From NCBI GenBank assembly GCA_965200825.1, contig OZ241385.1, forward strand, positions 1,134,980 through 1,198,979: a stretch of 64,000 nucleotides of DNA. The letters are read 5' to 3'. The notes beneath the pieces are model-generated. The model searched no databases, was not told where the DNA came from, and saw only the letters and a list, made by a program, of their open reading frames with translations. This document shows, one piece after another, positions 17,932 through 27,718 of the stretch. Every line of letters begins with the position of its first letter. Within the stretch, counting starts at the first letter, position 1. The stretch comes from Rhodothermales bacterium (GTDB taxonomy: Bacteria; Bacteroidota; Rhodothermia; Rhodothermales; Bin80). The translations under genes and the position numbers were made by a program.

Positions 17932-18894
17932 TCAAGTATTTCGAGTCTTAAAGAATTTAACTATGGCATCCGAGGCTGTCATGACAATATCTTTTCGATC
18001 ATAAAAGTCAAATTGATTTATGTCGTCCGCCAGCCACAATTTTTGAATGGGTATTTTCATGGCTTGCTCATATGCCAAAGCTCCGGCGGGCAAAGCCATA
18101 CCTTTCGAACCAATCATCAAACTCGGCTTTTTCAGACATGATGCAGACGATAGAGCATTGTATGTAAGCCAAGGCTTCCAACTGAGAGTATTAAACTTGT
18201 TGTCATATTCAGGAATGAATCCTCGGTGCTTTTCGCTATAATATGGCGCTTGATACATGAGAGAACTTGAATCAGTGGTGCTGGCAGCCACGAGAATCTC
18301 GGGGTTGTTTACTGCTTCAGCGGCCTCGCTATCAGAAATCAACTGATTCACTGTATCTGTGCCGCCATAGATTGTAATGGCCAGCTCAGGGTCATGAAGC
18401 CAAGGAGCTACAAATGCGAGTTTTGATAATCTATCGTCATTGACTGCTACCTCTGCCATATATCCGGATGATGCACATATACCTAGTCCAAAGATTTGGT
18501 CAATATCCACTTCATCTCGGTGAGATAAATAAGTAACTGCCGCATGAATGTCTTCCGTCTTAACGCTCGGATCTTCCACGTATCGACGGCTGCCATCACT
18601 TTTACCCCATCCTGTAAAATCAAATGTCATAGCAATCATCCCGCGCAAGGCAAGTTCACGAGCATAAGTCCCGGCCATTTGCTCTTGTACGGTTGTCCAG
18701 GCGCCTGTGACAACTACACTAGGAATGTATTCTTGATTATAGAAAGGATTTGAGCGTAATGACTTGACTGGCTTATAGAGGGTTCCTTTAAGTGTTACCT
18801 CTGCATTTTTGAACGCAATGATTTCAGTCTCAATAGTTTTGGGAGTAGGTGTATTTTGAAGATTGATTAATTCCATCGTTAGACTTGCGCTCAT
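17932..18894 (-). CDS. Alpha/beta-fold hydrolase (dienelactone hydrolase/S15-like)
   Basis: 320 aa. VVVTGAWTTVQEQM...MTFDFTGWGKSDG and the nucleophile-elbow-like GLGICASSGY fit the alpha/beta hydrolase layout. Confidence 0.65.
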   Translation of the reverse strand: MSASLTMELINLQNTPTPKTIETEIIAFKNAEVTLKGTLYKPVKSLRSNPFYNQEYIPSVVVTGAWTTVQEQMAGTYARELALRGMIAMTFDFTGWGKSDGSRRYVEDPSVKTEDIHAAVTYLSHRDEVDIDQIFGLGICASSGYMAEVAVNDDRLSKLAFVAPWLHDPELAITIYGGTDTVNQLISDSEAAEAVNNPEILVAASTTDSSSLMYQAPYYSEKHRGFIPEYDNKFNTLSWKPWLTYNALSSASCLKKPSLMIGSKGMALPAGALAYEQAMKIPIQKLWLADDINQFDFYDRKDIVMTASDAIVKFFKTRNT

Positions 18895-19129
18895 TTTATC
18901 AAATTCAAGTTGTATACAATTGTTGGATTAAATGATACACAGATATCACCTGATATTCTACTCTCTTTCGTATAGGTTGTGTGATTTTGTAGCATCCTCG
19001 AAAAAACTATATTTTCAATTCTGTCACGCTTCTTGAATGCAGTATCATATTAGCTAGTAACAGTTGACGGACTGTATCAGAACCCTTGCACACACAAATT
19101 CTCAATGGAATAAGTAAGAGTGTAATATT

Positions 19130-19137
19130 CTATTTAG
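19130..19137. repeat. Left 8-bp target-site duplication CTATTTAG
   Basis: Identical octamer at 20440-20447, immediately outside the opposite inverted repeat. Confidence 0.8.
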
Positions 19138-19158
19138 GGTTCTGTAGAGTTTTGTGTG
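19138..19158. repeat. IS left terminal inverted repeat
   Basis: GGTTCTGTAGAGTTTTGTGTG. The reverse complement of the right end is GGTTCTACTGAGCTTTGTGTG. Confidence 0.8.
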
Positions 19159-19219
19159 AAATGATTAAATTCAGGTTGAATCAAATAGAACTTCGTATTC
19201 CTACGTTTATAGCAATTTC

Positions 19220-20435
19220 ATGACAAAGGAATTTATGAATGCAGTGATGCGGGACTCGTTAGGACTTGACTCCGAGTGGCAGGTTGACGAGGTCACCTTT
19301 GCCCCGAAGGAGTGACGAATTGATGTGTATCTTTCGCATTCGGGACAGAATCTGATCTGTCCCGAGACAGGAGAACCCGGAGTATTTTATGACCGTCGCA
19401 GGGAGCGCGTATGGCGTCACTTGGACTGGTTTCAGAGTGTTTGTTATATCCATTGCAGGCTTCCCCGCGTGAAGTCTTCTGCGGGGATCAAAACGATGGA
19501 GATTCCCTGGACGGATCCATCGAGTCCTGCGACGCATTCGTTTGAGAGCTGGGCGATAGAGGTTTTGCAGGTGAACAAGAATCAGACCAAAACGGCCGGG
19601 TTGATCCGCTGCTCATTTGATCAGGTTCATGCACCGGGGAGTTGAGCGCGGAATGAAGCGAAGGAAGCGGGAAGCAGTCGCTCATGTGAGCGTGGATGAG
19701 AAAGCCCTCCGGCGCGGGCATGTCTATGCGACGATCGTCTGTGATTCGACCCGTGGTGTTGTGCTTGATGTCGGGGAAGGACGGACGAAAAAAGGCGCTA
19801 TCGCGCTATTAGAGCGCATTTTTGAGGACATAAAAGAGAAAGTAGAGACGGTCTCCATCGATATGTGGAAAGCCTTCATTGGGGCGGTCCGAACGGTCTT
19901 TCCCGAAGCGGCCCTGATCCATGACCGGTTTCATTTGATCCAGTATCTCAATACAGCTCTGAACAAGGTTCGCCAGCGTGAAGTGAAACCCCATCCGGAA
20001 GAATTGAAAGGGAGCCGGTTTGCGCTGTTGAAGAACGAGAAGAATCGCACCAAAACGCAGGAAGAGATCTTCAAGGTCATCCAGGAAGCCAACCTGGAAG
20101 TCAGTGTTGCCTGGCGATTGCGAGAAGACTTCAAAGCCCTCTTTAACAGCACCTCTTTCGCCGAAGCAAAGAAAGATTTTGATCTCTGGATCAAAAGCGT
20201 GGAAACCGCAGGGGTGAAAGAAGTCATCAAGATTGCAGAGATGTTCAGAGAACATTATGAGGGAGTCTGTGACGCGCTTTGCCATTCACAATCCAATGCG
20301 ATCGCTGAACGTATGAATGGGAAAATTCAAGAGATCAAAACCATCGGAAGAGGATACAGAGGGTTTGAAAACTTCAGAGTCGCAATTTTCTTTTTCTGCG
20401 GAGGTTTAGATCTTAAACCACACAAAGCTCAGTAG
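19220..20435 (+). pseudogene. ISL3-family transposase, disrupted by an in-frame TGA at 19313-19315 and a +1 frame change near 19620-19630
   Basis: ATG 19220 reads MTKEFMNAVMRDSLGLDSEWQVDEVTFAPKE, then TGA, then RIDVYLSHSGQNLICPETGEPGVFYDRRRERVWRHLDW (the zf-ISL3 pattern). That frame ends at 19645. The DDE part (VDEKALRRGHVYATIVCD...CGGLDLKPHKAQ) continues in another frame from 19617. Confidence 0.8.
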
Positions 20436-20439
20436 AACC
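20419..20439. repeat. IS right terminal inverted repeat
   Basis: CACACAAAGCTCAGTAGAACC. It contains the transposase stop codon. Confidence 0.8.
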
Positions 20440-20447
20440 CTATTTAG
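20440..20447. repeat. Right 8-bp target-site duplication CTATTTAG
   Basis: Identical to 19130-19137. Confidence 0.8.
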
Positions 20448-20456
20448 TAGTATGTA

Positions 20457-21287
20457 TTACTCTGAAAGTTGAAGCTTAGCTTTAACAGGCAAATGATCAG
20501 ATATATACCTACCATTTTCTACTGATACGATTGTTTTATAGCCGTCAACCTCCCAATCACTCGTTACAAGAATGTAATCAATACGGGGAGCCTTATTCAA
20601 TTGATTATTTTCCAAAAACCCGCTGAATGTACCATCAGGCCCCTGTGGCAATGTTTTGGTCACAAAACGGGTATCATGCAGTGATCCGCTATCTGTGAAT
20701 ACAGAAAGAACGGCGCTGTCAGGTGTTGCATTTAAGTCTCCAAGTAGTATTACAGGTCTCGCGAATTTGTGGATGTATTCCGTCAATAGTTTTGCACTCT
20801 GTAATCTGGCTTGAACTCCACGATGATCAAAATGAGTATTGATCACTTGTAGTTCAATTTCTGTGCCACGAACTCTGAGATGAACAGATGTCGCAATCCG
20901 GGGAATCGCGGCATCCCAGCCGATACTGCCTGGGATATCTGGCGTCTCTGACAACCATAACGTGGTAGACTCGAGCACTTCAAATACAGTTGCTTTGAAA
21001 AAAAGAGGTGCAAATTCACCTTTTTCGCCTCCATCATCTCTACCGACACCCACCCATTCATAATCTGGAAGCTCTGAGGCCAATTGTTTTACCTGATGGC
21101 TTAATGCTTCTTGAATTCCAATGAGTTCGGCTTCGGCAATTTCCTTTACAACTCGGCTCATTCGATAACGCCAAGCACTTTCACCATCATCAGGGTTGTC
21201 GTAACGAATATTGAACGACATAGCTGTGATCGTTGTAGGGGATACTGGTACCTGAACGAGTAAAAAGGTCAAAAGCAAATTGAGCAT
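20457..21287 (-). CDS. Endonuclease/exonuclease/phosphatase (EEP) family protein, secreted
   Basis: 276 aa with a signal peptide, an N-terminal SFNIRYDN motif and a C-terminal SDHLPV motif, all typical of the EEP fold. The start lies 1 nt after the moaA stop. Confidence 0.8.
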   Translation of the reverse strand: MLNLLLTFLLVQVPVSPTTITAMSFNIRYDNPDDGESAWRYRMSRVVKEIAEAELIGIQEALSHQVKQLASELPDYEWVGVGRDDGGEKGEFAPLFFKATVFEVLESTTLWLSETPDIPGSIGWDAAIPRIATSVHLRVRGTEIELQVINTHFDHRGVQARLQSAKLLTEYIHKFARPVILLGDLNATPDSAVLSVFTDSGSLHDTRFVTKTLPQGPDGTFSGFLENNQLNKAPRIDYILVTSDWEVDGYKTIVSVENGRYISDHLPVKAKLQLSE

Positions 21288-21288
21288 A

Positions 21289-22380
21289 CTATCCCCCTAT
21301 GGTAATCATGGGGCGGTTTTTTGAGGTAGCAATCAAATGCATTCCTGCATGCCTTGCATGTTTGGATCCTACTGCAGTACTAATTAAATCAAGTAGATTT
21401 TCATCACTTACTCCATTTCTCATAGCATTTTGCAAGTTAACCTCAGCCCGTCCAAACAGGCACACTTTCAGATGGCCATCTGCAGTAATTCGAAGGCGAT
21501 TGCAACCCTCACAGAAATCATCTGTCATAGACGTAATCATCCCAATCTGACCAAGAAATCCGGGTACTCTATACATTTTAGCAGTTTCATTGCGACCAAA
21601 CTCTAAAATTTCAATTGGATAAACACGGCAAATACGGTTAAGCATTTCAACGTGAGGAACCAGTCGATTTTCATTCCAGCGGTTTCCGTCAAATGGCATG
21701 AACTCAATAAATCTGACTTCAACCGGTTTATTCCGGGTCAGCTCAACAAAATCAATAATTTCATCCTCATTAATTCCCCTCATTATCACACAGTTTATCT
21801 TGACAGGAGAGTAACCGGCTTCTATCGCAAAATCAATAGCATCCAATACAAGATTAAGCCCATCGCGGCGTGTAATCTCCTTAAATCGATTTGGGCGTAG
21901 CGTATCCAGACTAATGTTAAGCAAATTAATTCCTGCTGATTGGAGTGCAGGTAATTTTCGCTTTAGCAGAAGGCCATTAGTGGTAATTGCCAAAGTCTTA
22001 AGCCCGGGCAATGAACCAAGTTTTTTTGCAATGTATTCAATATTCGTTCTCAGTAGCGGTTCTCCGCCAGTTAAACGAATTTTGGTTACCCCCTGCTCTA
22101 CAAAGAGTTTTGCAATACGAATGATCTCTTCGTCTGTCAACAAATCTTCGGGAGAAGTCCAGTCAAGATCCTCTTCGGGCATACAGTAATTACATCGTAA
22201 GTTACAGCGTTCAACCAGTGAAATTCTGAGATAATTGTGAATTCTACCAAACCCGTCACACAAAACATCTGATTGACTCTTCGACGCAGAATAGAGTAGT
22301 CCGAAGTTTTGTGGCACCTGCGATACGGGGGCTATATTTGGCTCAGATATTATCTCGAGTTCATACATGATCATATGCAC
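21289..22380 (-). CDS. moaA: GTP 3',8-cyclase (molybdenum cofactor biosynthesis protein A). The exact start is uncertain.
   Basis: Radical-SAM CNLRCNYCMP, a second cluster region CEGCNRLRITADGHLKVCLF and the C-terminal ...ITIGG double-glycine tail. Confidence 0.9.
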   Translation of the reverse strand: MHMIMYELEIISEPNIAPVSQVPQNFGLLYSASKSQSDVLCDGFGRIHNYLRISLVERCNLRCNYCMPEEDLDWTSPEDLLTDEEIIRIAKLFVEQGVTKIRLTGGEPLLRTNIEYIAKKLGSLPGLKTLAITTNGLLLKRKLPALQSAGINLLNISLDTLRPNRFKEITRRDGLNLVLDAIDFAIEAGYSPVKINCVIMRGINEDEIIDFVELTRNKPVEVRFIEFMPFDGNRWNENRLVPHVEMLNRICRVYPIEILEFGRNETAKMYRVPGFLGQIGMITSMTDDFCEGCNRLRITADGHLKVCLFGRAEVNLQNAMRNGVSDENLLDLISTAVGSKHARHAGMHLIATSKNRPMITIGG

Positions 22381-22575
22381 TAGGTCACATGCTCAAAGAG
22401 CTTTCAGACCAAGAGTATAGGCTGTTGTAATGATTTATACCAACATGTAGCTGTAATGCATCAACCAGGTCTGCTCTTCCTCCAAGGATCAGTATATGGC
22501 GAATTTTACAAAAAATGCATATGATCCTACATTCCCCCGGTGCGTTCAACGGCAATCGTTTCAGAATCAATAGAA

Positions 22576-23766
22576 ATGGCAATTGCACTGGCTTTTAGCG
22601 GTGGTTTGGATACTTCATTTTGCGTTCCATATTTACGCGAAAAATATGATAAAGATGTATTCACAGTAACAGTTGACACGGGAGCATCTCTAGATCAAAC
22701 CATACTCAGTACTCTCTCCCGAAAACTTGGAGCCGTAAAACATGTTCATATTGATGCTCGTGAGTCATTATACGAGCATTATCTGAAGTTTCTCATTATT
22801 GGCAATGTATTGCGGGGAGGTGTCTATCCTCTTTGCGTTGGAGCAGAGCGTGTTGTGCAGGCTCGCGAGGTCGTCAGGGTTGCGCATGAAGTTGGTGCTG
22901 ATGCAATTGCTCATGGTTCGACAGGAGCAGGGAACGATCAAGTACGCTTTGATTCTGTTGTTCACCTACTGGCTGATGGTATGCAACTCATCACCCCAAT
23001 TCGTGATGAGGGACTTACTCGCCAAGATACCACCAAATTTCTTTTGGATCGGGGGTTTGAAGTTTCTGAGAAAACAACAAGCTACTCTATTAATGAGGGG
23101 CTCTGGGGAACAACCATTGGCGGCAAGGAAACTCTTGGAACTACAGAACCTCTGCCGGACGAAGCCTATCCGAATACTGCATCCCCCAAACATGCTCCTG
23201 AAGCTGGCATAGATATAACGATTCAATTCAAGAACGGATTGCCAATAGCCTTGGATGGTGAAAATCTTCCCCCCGTTGAATTAATTATCAGGCTTGCAAC
23301 TATCGGGGCAGATCATGGGATTGGCCGCAATATTCACATAGGAGATACTATTCTTGGACTCAAGGGACGCATCGGATTTGAGGCCCCTGCCCCACTGATC
23401 TTGATTACCGCGCACAGAGAACTGGAAAAACTTGTACTTAGCAAGTGGCAGCGATATCAGAAAGATCAATTGAGTGATTTTTATGGAATGCTCGTTCATG
23501 AAGGGCAATACTATGATCCGGTCATGAGAGATATTGAGGCCCTGATGATTTCCTCCCAAGAGGTAGTTACTGGCTCGGTTGCAATCCGACTCTATAAAGG
23601 GAATATTAATGTTCTAGGGGCTGAAAGCCCCTATTCAATGTTTGACACAGGGGTTGCAATCTATGGGGAGGAATCTGCTCTTTGGAATGGAAGGGATGCG
23701 CGCAGTTTCTGCAAGCTCAACGGCTTGCAAGGATATCTCGCGCATAAGGCACGCACGAAAACATGA
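22576..23766 (+). CDS. argG: Argininosuccinate synthase
   Basis: The track ORF starts at GTG 22540. The ATG at 22576 gives MAIALAFSGGLDTSFCVPYL, the N-terminal ATP-binding motif AFSGGLDTS. Also HGSTGAGNDQVRF. Confidence 0.9.
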   Translation: MAIALAFSGGLDTSFCVPYLREKYDKDVFTVTVDTGASLDQTILSTLSRKLGAVKHVHIDARESLYEHYLKFLIIGNVLRGGVYPLCVGAERVVQAREVVRVAHEVGADAIAHGSTGAGNDQVRFDSVVHLLADGMQLITPIRDEGLTRQDTTKFLLDRGFEVSEKTTSYSINEGLWGTTIGGKETLGTTEPLPDEAYPNTASPKHAPEAGIDITIQFKNGLPIALDGENLPPVELIIRLATIGADHGIGRNIHIGDTILGLKGRIGFEAPAPLILITAHRELEKLVLSKWQRYQKDQLSDFYGMLVHEGQYYDPVMRDIEALMISSQEVVTGSVAIRLYKGNINVLGAESPYSMFDTGVAIYGEESALWNGRDARSFCKLNGLQGYLAHKARTKT

Positions 23767-24764
23767 TTCAAACGGCAGTTTTGCATGGTAGTGGATATGT
23801 TGGTCGTGAACTGATCCGGCTGCTCCTTCAACACCCAAAGGCGTCCCTTAATAGTGTGACCAGCCGAACCTATTCCAATTCCCCACTATACGTAGCACAT
23901 CCGTCACTTCGTGACCAACAGAATATTCAGTTTACATCTGTCACAGAATTTGAGTTTTCAGGGATTGATGTGATTTTTGTGGCTGCTGAACATGGAAAGG
24001 GTGCGGCAAGTGTCAGGACTTTAATTGAAAACGGATATCCAGGATGTATCATTGATATGAGTTCAGACTTCAGGTTTACTGATGTATCCCAATTTGAGTC
24101 CCTTTTCAAGGTTGATCACCCCGCCCCTGAACTTATCACAGAATTTTCATACGGACAGCCAGAGCTGTTCGCACCCTATTCAACTCGCTATATTGCAAAT
24201 CCCGGATGTTTTGCAACGGGAATGCTTCTGGCTGTGTGGCCTCTACATTTGAATTGTGACAAAGCTAATCTTTCGATCACCGCACTTACGGGTGCATCGG
24301 GCTCGGGCATTCGCCCGAAGCAAACTACACATTTCCCTGAACGAGATGGAAATATCCGCGCCTATAAGGTGTTGGAGCATCAGCATTTGCAGGAAATAAT
24401 TCAATTCATCAACCCGGGTCTCTCCATTGCGATGGTGCCAGTCTCAGGTCCATGGACTCGGGGGATATGGGGAACGGTACAGTTGAATACTCCAGCAGAA
24501 CAATCTGAAATCGCACGATGGTTTGAAAACGTCTACAGTCATCATAGCCTGGTTCGGCTTTGGCCAGATACACTCCCTGAACTGCAGTATTCGGTCGGAT
24601 CTCCATACTGTGATTTGGGGTGGGTTGTTCAGGGAAACCACCTAGTCATTGGTTTTGCAATTGATAATATGCTTCGAGGCGCTGCATCCCAAGCAATACA
24701 GAATATGAACCTTCTGATGAATTTACCAGTCGAAACCGGACTCGTGCCCGAAGCCCTCTTATGA
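23763..24764 (+). CDS. argC: N-acetyl-gamma-glutamyl-phosphate reductase
   Basis: 333 aa with the active-site motif IANPGCFATG. ATGA overlap with the argG stop. Confidence 0.9.
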   Translation: MIQTAVLHGSGYVGRELIRLLLQHPKASLNSVTSRTYSNSPLYVAHPSLRDQQNIQFTSVTEFEFSGIDVIFVAAEHGKGAASVRTLIENGYPGCIIDMSSDFRFTDVSQFESLFKVDHPAPELITEFSYGQPELFAPYSTRYIANPGCFATGMLLAVWPLHLNCDKANLSITALTGASGSGIRPKQTTHFPERDGNIRAYKVLEHQHLQEIIQFINPGLSIAMVPVSGPWTRGIWGTVQLNTPAEQSEIARWFENVYSHHSLVRLWPDTLPELQYSVGSPYCDLGWVVQGNHLVIGFAIDNMLRGAASQAIQNMNLLMNLPVETGLVPEALL

Positions 24765-25933
24765 AAACTCATACAATTTTGAAGGATGAGGATACATATC
24801 TTATCCCAACCTATAAAAAGATGCCTCTCGCACTCGTACGAGGCGAGGGATGCTACGTATGGGATGCAGATGGGAAGCGCTATCTAGATTTTTACGGTGG
24901 CCACTGCGTTACTGCACTTGGTCACTGCCCGCCTCCTGTCGTAGAGGCAATTCAAAAACAGAGTACACAACTCATTTTCTACTCGAACGTGGTTTATAGT
25001 GATATCCGAGCACATGCAGCGAGGTTGCTCTCAGAAATGTCGCCACTTCCACGGATATTCTTTTGTAACTCCGGAACGGAAGCGATTGAAACAGCACTTA
25101 AGATTGCTCGAAAGTCTACCAAGCGCAACGGTATCATTTCTACAAAACAAGGTTTTCATGGACGTACATTGGGAAGCCTAGCCACTACATGGAATCCATC
25201 TTACAGGGAGCCTTTCAGAGAAATCTTGGCCCCCTTTCATTATTTTGCAGAATTTGGAGATTTATCTTCCGTACAATCCATCCTGAATGAAAAACCGGAT
25301 ATTGCTGCAATTCTTATCGAGCCAATTCAGAGTATTGGCGGAATGGTTGAAGCCTCAAGTGAGTTTGTTCAGGAACTTCGTAAACTGTGTGACCAAAATG
25401 GTACGCTCCTTATTTTTGATGAAATACAGACTGGTGTCGGTCGGACAGGTACATTCAGTATCAGCGAGCAATTGGAGATAAAACCGGACATCATTACTCT
25501 TGCAAAAAGCCTCGGATCTGGGATACCCGTTGGTGCAGTACTAGTGAGCGAATCTCTTTCTGATGAAATTCATTATGGTGATCATGGATCAACCTTCGGT
25601 GGTGGAATGATTGCTATGAGTGCTGTTTCTGCAACGTTAGAGTCTATTCGTGATGATCATCTAATGAATCAAGCTCCCAAAATATTTGAAGCCATCGCGG
25701 ATACAATCAAACCATATATTCTGGGAATCTATGGACGTGGATGTCTTATTGGTGTACAGGTTGAGCCTCCTGTCAGTGACGTTCTTCCAATTTTACGTGA
25801 ACATGGTGTGCTGGCTGGTGGAAGTGCAAATCCCAATGTAATGAGACTGATGCCACCGCTCACCACTAAACCAGAGCATATTCGGGAATTTGGGGAAGCC
25901 TTCAAAAGAGCAATGAAACGTGTCAATATCTAA
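24761..25933 (+). CDS. argD: Acetylornithine (or succinylornithine) aminotransferase, class III PLP enzyme
   Basis: 390 aa with LIFDEIQTGVGRTG and the PLP-lysine region ITLAKSLGSG. ATGA overlap with the argC stop. Confidence 0.85.
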   Translation: MKTHTILKDEDTYLIPTYKKMPLALVRGEGCYVWDADGKRYLDFYGGHCVTALGHCPPPVVEAIQKQSTQLIFYSNVVYSDIRAHAARLLSEMSPLPRIFFCNSGTEAIETALKIARKSTKRNGIISTKQGFHGRTLGSLATTWNPSYREPFREILAPFHYFAEFGDLSSVQSILNEKPDIAAILIEPIQSIGGMVEASSEFVQELRKLCDQNGTLLIFDEIQTGVGRTGTFSISEQLEIKPDIITLAKSLGSGIPVGAVLVSESLSDEIHYGDHGSTFGGGMIAMSAVSATLESIRDDHLMNQAPKIFEAIADTIKPYILGIYGRGCLIGVQVEPPVSDVLPILREHGVLAGGSANPNVMRLMPPLTTKPEHIREFGEAFKRAMKRVNI

Positions 25934-25934
25934 G

Positions 25935-26942
25935 ATGGAATTAAAACATTTATTTGATTGGCATCTTGAAGACGAAACGACATGGGAAGAGCAATTAATT
26001 CGAACTCGTCACCACTATCGAAACCCGCAGCATCTCCCCAAATCCGATATCCTTCGCAGCCTTGGGCTGTTATTTTTTAATTCTTCGTTGCGAACCCGCA
26101 CTTCTATGGAAGTCGCGGCGGCTCGACTCGGAGCCCAAACATCTGTTATTATTCCCGGGTCAGGTGTATGGGGAATGGAGTGGAAAGATGGCGGCCGCAT
26201 GGATGGCCAGACTGTCGAGCATATTCGGGAAGCCATTGGGGTCCTTTCACGATACTATGATGCACTGGGCATACGCTTGTTTGCGACTGGTACTGATTAC
26301 ACACTCGATCAAAATGAGACTAGATTCAAGAAGATCATTGAGTCTGCTTCGGTACCCATAATCAATCTTGAGTCCGCATTATACCATCCTTGCCAGGCAC
26401 TTGCAGATGCAGCTACGATCAGTGAATATTTCAAAGATCAGATCAAAGGCCGGCGCTTTGTTCTTTCATGGGCATGGCATCCACATGCATTGCCCCACGC
26501 AGTACCAAACTCCGCACTCTTGATGGCGACGAGACTTGGTATGAAGGTAACTCTCGCGCGTCCAAAGGGTTTTGAACTTGATCCTGCAATTATGAAACTC
26601 GCGAATCAGAATGTATCTAAATATGATTGTTCACTTATTGAGATAGATGATCAGGATGCCGCTTGTGAGGGAGCAGATATTATTTATGCAAAAGCTTGGG
26701 GAAGCCAACTTCGATATGACGATGTTGAGGGTGAAAAAATGTTGCGAGATCAATACAAGAACTGGCAAATACGCGAACGCCATCTTGGCCATGCGGCATT
26801 TATGCACTGCCTCCCCGTTCGACGCGGCGTAATTGTGGAGGATGCCGTACTTGATGGCCCACAGGCAATTCATTTACTGCAGGCAGAGTTCAGGTTGCAT
26901 GCCCAAATAGCGATTCTGGAACGTGCATGGAACCTGATATGA
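25935..26942 (+). CDS. argF: N-acyl-L-ornithine carbamoyltransferase (argF'-type; acetyl versus succinyl specificity not determinable here)
   Basis: FFNSSLRTRTSME replaces the STRTR motif of classical OTCases, and HCLPVRRG is present. I prefer ATG 25935, 1 nt after the argD stop, over the track's GTG 25920. Confidence 0.75.
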   Translation: MELKHLFDWHLEDETTWEEQLIRTRHHYRNPQHLPKSDILRSLGLLFFNSSLRTRTSMEVAAARLGAQTSVIIPGSGVWGMEWKDGGRMDGQTVEHIREAIGVLSRYYDALGIRLFATGTDYTLDQNETRFKKIIESASVPIINLESALYHPCQALADAATISEYFKDQIKGRRFVLSWAWHPHALPHAVPNSALLMATRLGMKVTLARPKGFELDPAIMKLANQNVSKYDCSLIEIDDQDAACEGADIIYAKAWGSQLRYDDVEGEKMLRDQYKNWQIRERHLGHAAFMHCLPVRRGVIVEDAVLDGPQAIHLLQAEFRLHAQIAILERAWNLI

Positions 26943-27718
26943 AAGCACCAATTGTAGTTAAAATTGGTGGCGCTGTCCTTGACGACCTTGCTTTATTCTG
27001 GGAGCAAGTCAAAGCAATTGACTCTCCTGTCGTGATTGTACATGGTGGTGGGGCTCAGTCTACAGAACTGGCCAATAAGCTTGGACATACACCAAAAATC
27101 ATTGAGGGTCGCAGAGTGACCGGAGATCTAGACCTAAAAATTGCCGAATGGGCAATGAGGGGAAGAATCAATGTGCGATTGACTGCTGAAGCAAACACCC
27201 ATGGAATCAGAGCGGTCGGGCTGAGTGGAGTAGATGGTGCCATGATCAAAGTTCGGCGGCGGGAGCCATGGAACATTCACGGTGAGAAAGTTGACTTTGG
27301 CTGGGTCGGTGAAATTATCTCAATTGACACAGCCCTGATTGAAGCTGTTTCAGATGCAGGATTTATTTCAATCATTGCACCTCTCGGTATCGATCATATA
27401 GGTCAGCGATACAATGTGAATGCAGATACCATTGCATGTACGCTTGCGAGAAGCATTCGAGCAAAAGAACTTCTATTGGTGACCGATACCGGAGGAGTCC
27501 TGAGAGATCTCAAGAATTCATCCTCACTGCTTAAGACCTGCTCTCCGTCTGATGAACGAATCGGTATTGACCAAGGGTGGATTAGCGGAGGAATGTCCGT
27601 AAAACTGAAAACAGCCCGCAAAGCTCTTGAAGACGGAGTTCCCAGCGTGTACATCCTGGGTGTAGATGATCTGTTACAAAAAAAGAATGCTACATCAATT
27701 GTCGGAGTAGGAATATGA
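26939..27718 (+). CDS. argB: Acetylglutamate kinase
   Basis: MKAPIVVKIGGAVL... is the amino-acid kinase N-terminus. ATG 26939 forms an ATGA overlap with the argF' stop. The track ORF starts at 26927. Confidence 0.85.
   Translation: MKAPIVVKIGGAVLDDLALFWEQVKAIDSPVVIVHGGGAQSTELANKLGHTPKIIEGRRVTGDLDLKIAEWAMRGRINVRLTAEANTHGIRAVGLSGVDGAMIKVRRREPWNIHGEKVDFGWVGEIISIDTALIEAVSDAGFISIIAPLGIDHIGQRYNVNADTIACTLARSIRAKELLLVTDTGGVLRDLKNSSSLLKTCSPSDERIGIDQGWISGGMSVKLKTARKALEDGVPSVYILGVDDLLQKKNATSIVGVGI

Larger units (their letters stand above)
19138..20439 (+). mobile_element. ISL3-family insertion sequence, 1302 bp
   Basis: Terminal inverted repeats GGTTCTGTAGAGTTTTGTGTG (19138-19158) and CACACAAAGCTCAGTAGAACC (20419-20439) match at 17 of 21 positions and are flanked by 8-bp direct repeats. 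The interior encodes an ISL3-type transposase. The element is visibly more GC-rich than its flanks. Confidence 0.85.

Noticed and set aside
19075-19100. The sequence CAGAACCCTTGCACACACAAA, about 40 bp left of the IS, shares AGAACC and CACACAAA words with the IS ends. It could be a solo inverted-repeat remnant.
   Set aside because: The two words are in the wrong relative order for either inverted repeat, and the surrounding bases do not align. This is probably coincidence.
19313-19315. The in-frame TGA in the transposase as possible selenocysteine or programmed recoding
   Set aside because: There is no SECIS-like hairpin immediately downstream and ISL3 transposases have no known recoding. A second, independent frameshift in the same gene makes simple decay or sequencing error more likely.
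22381-22575. Possible Moco riboswitch upstream of moaA. Also a possible ARG box in the AT-rich GAATTTTACAAAAAATGCATATGATC (22501-22526) upstream of argG, and the 67-aa ORF 22385-22588.
   Set aside because: I could not identify the conserved Moco-motif stems or sequence. The ARG-box resemblance is only loose AT-rich similarity. The small ORF lies across a divergent promoter region with no supporting motif. An Infernal scan or a position-weight-matrix scan would be needed.
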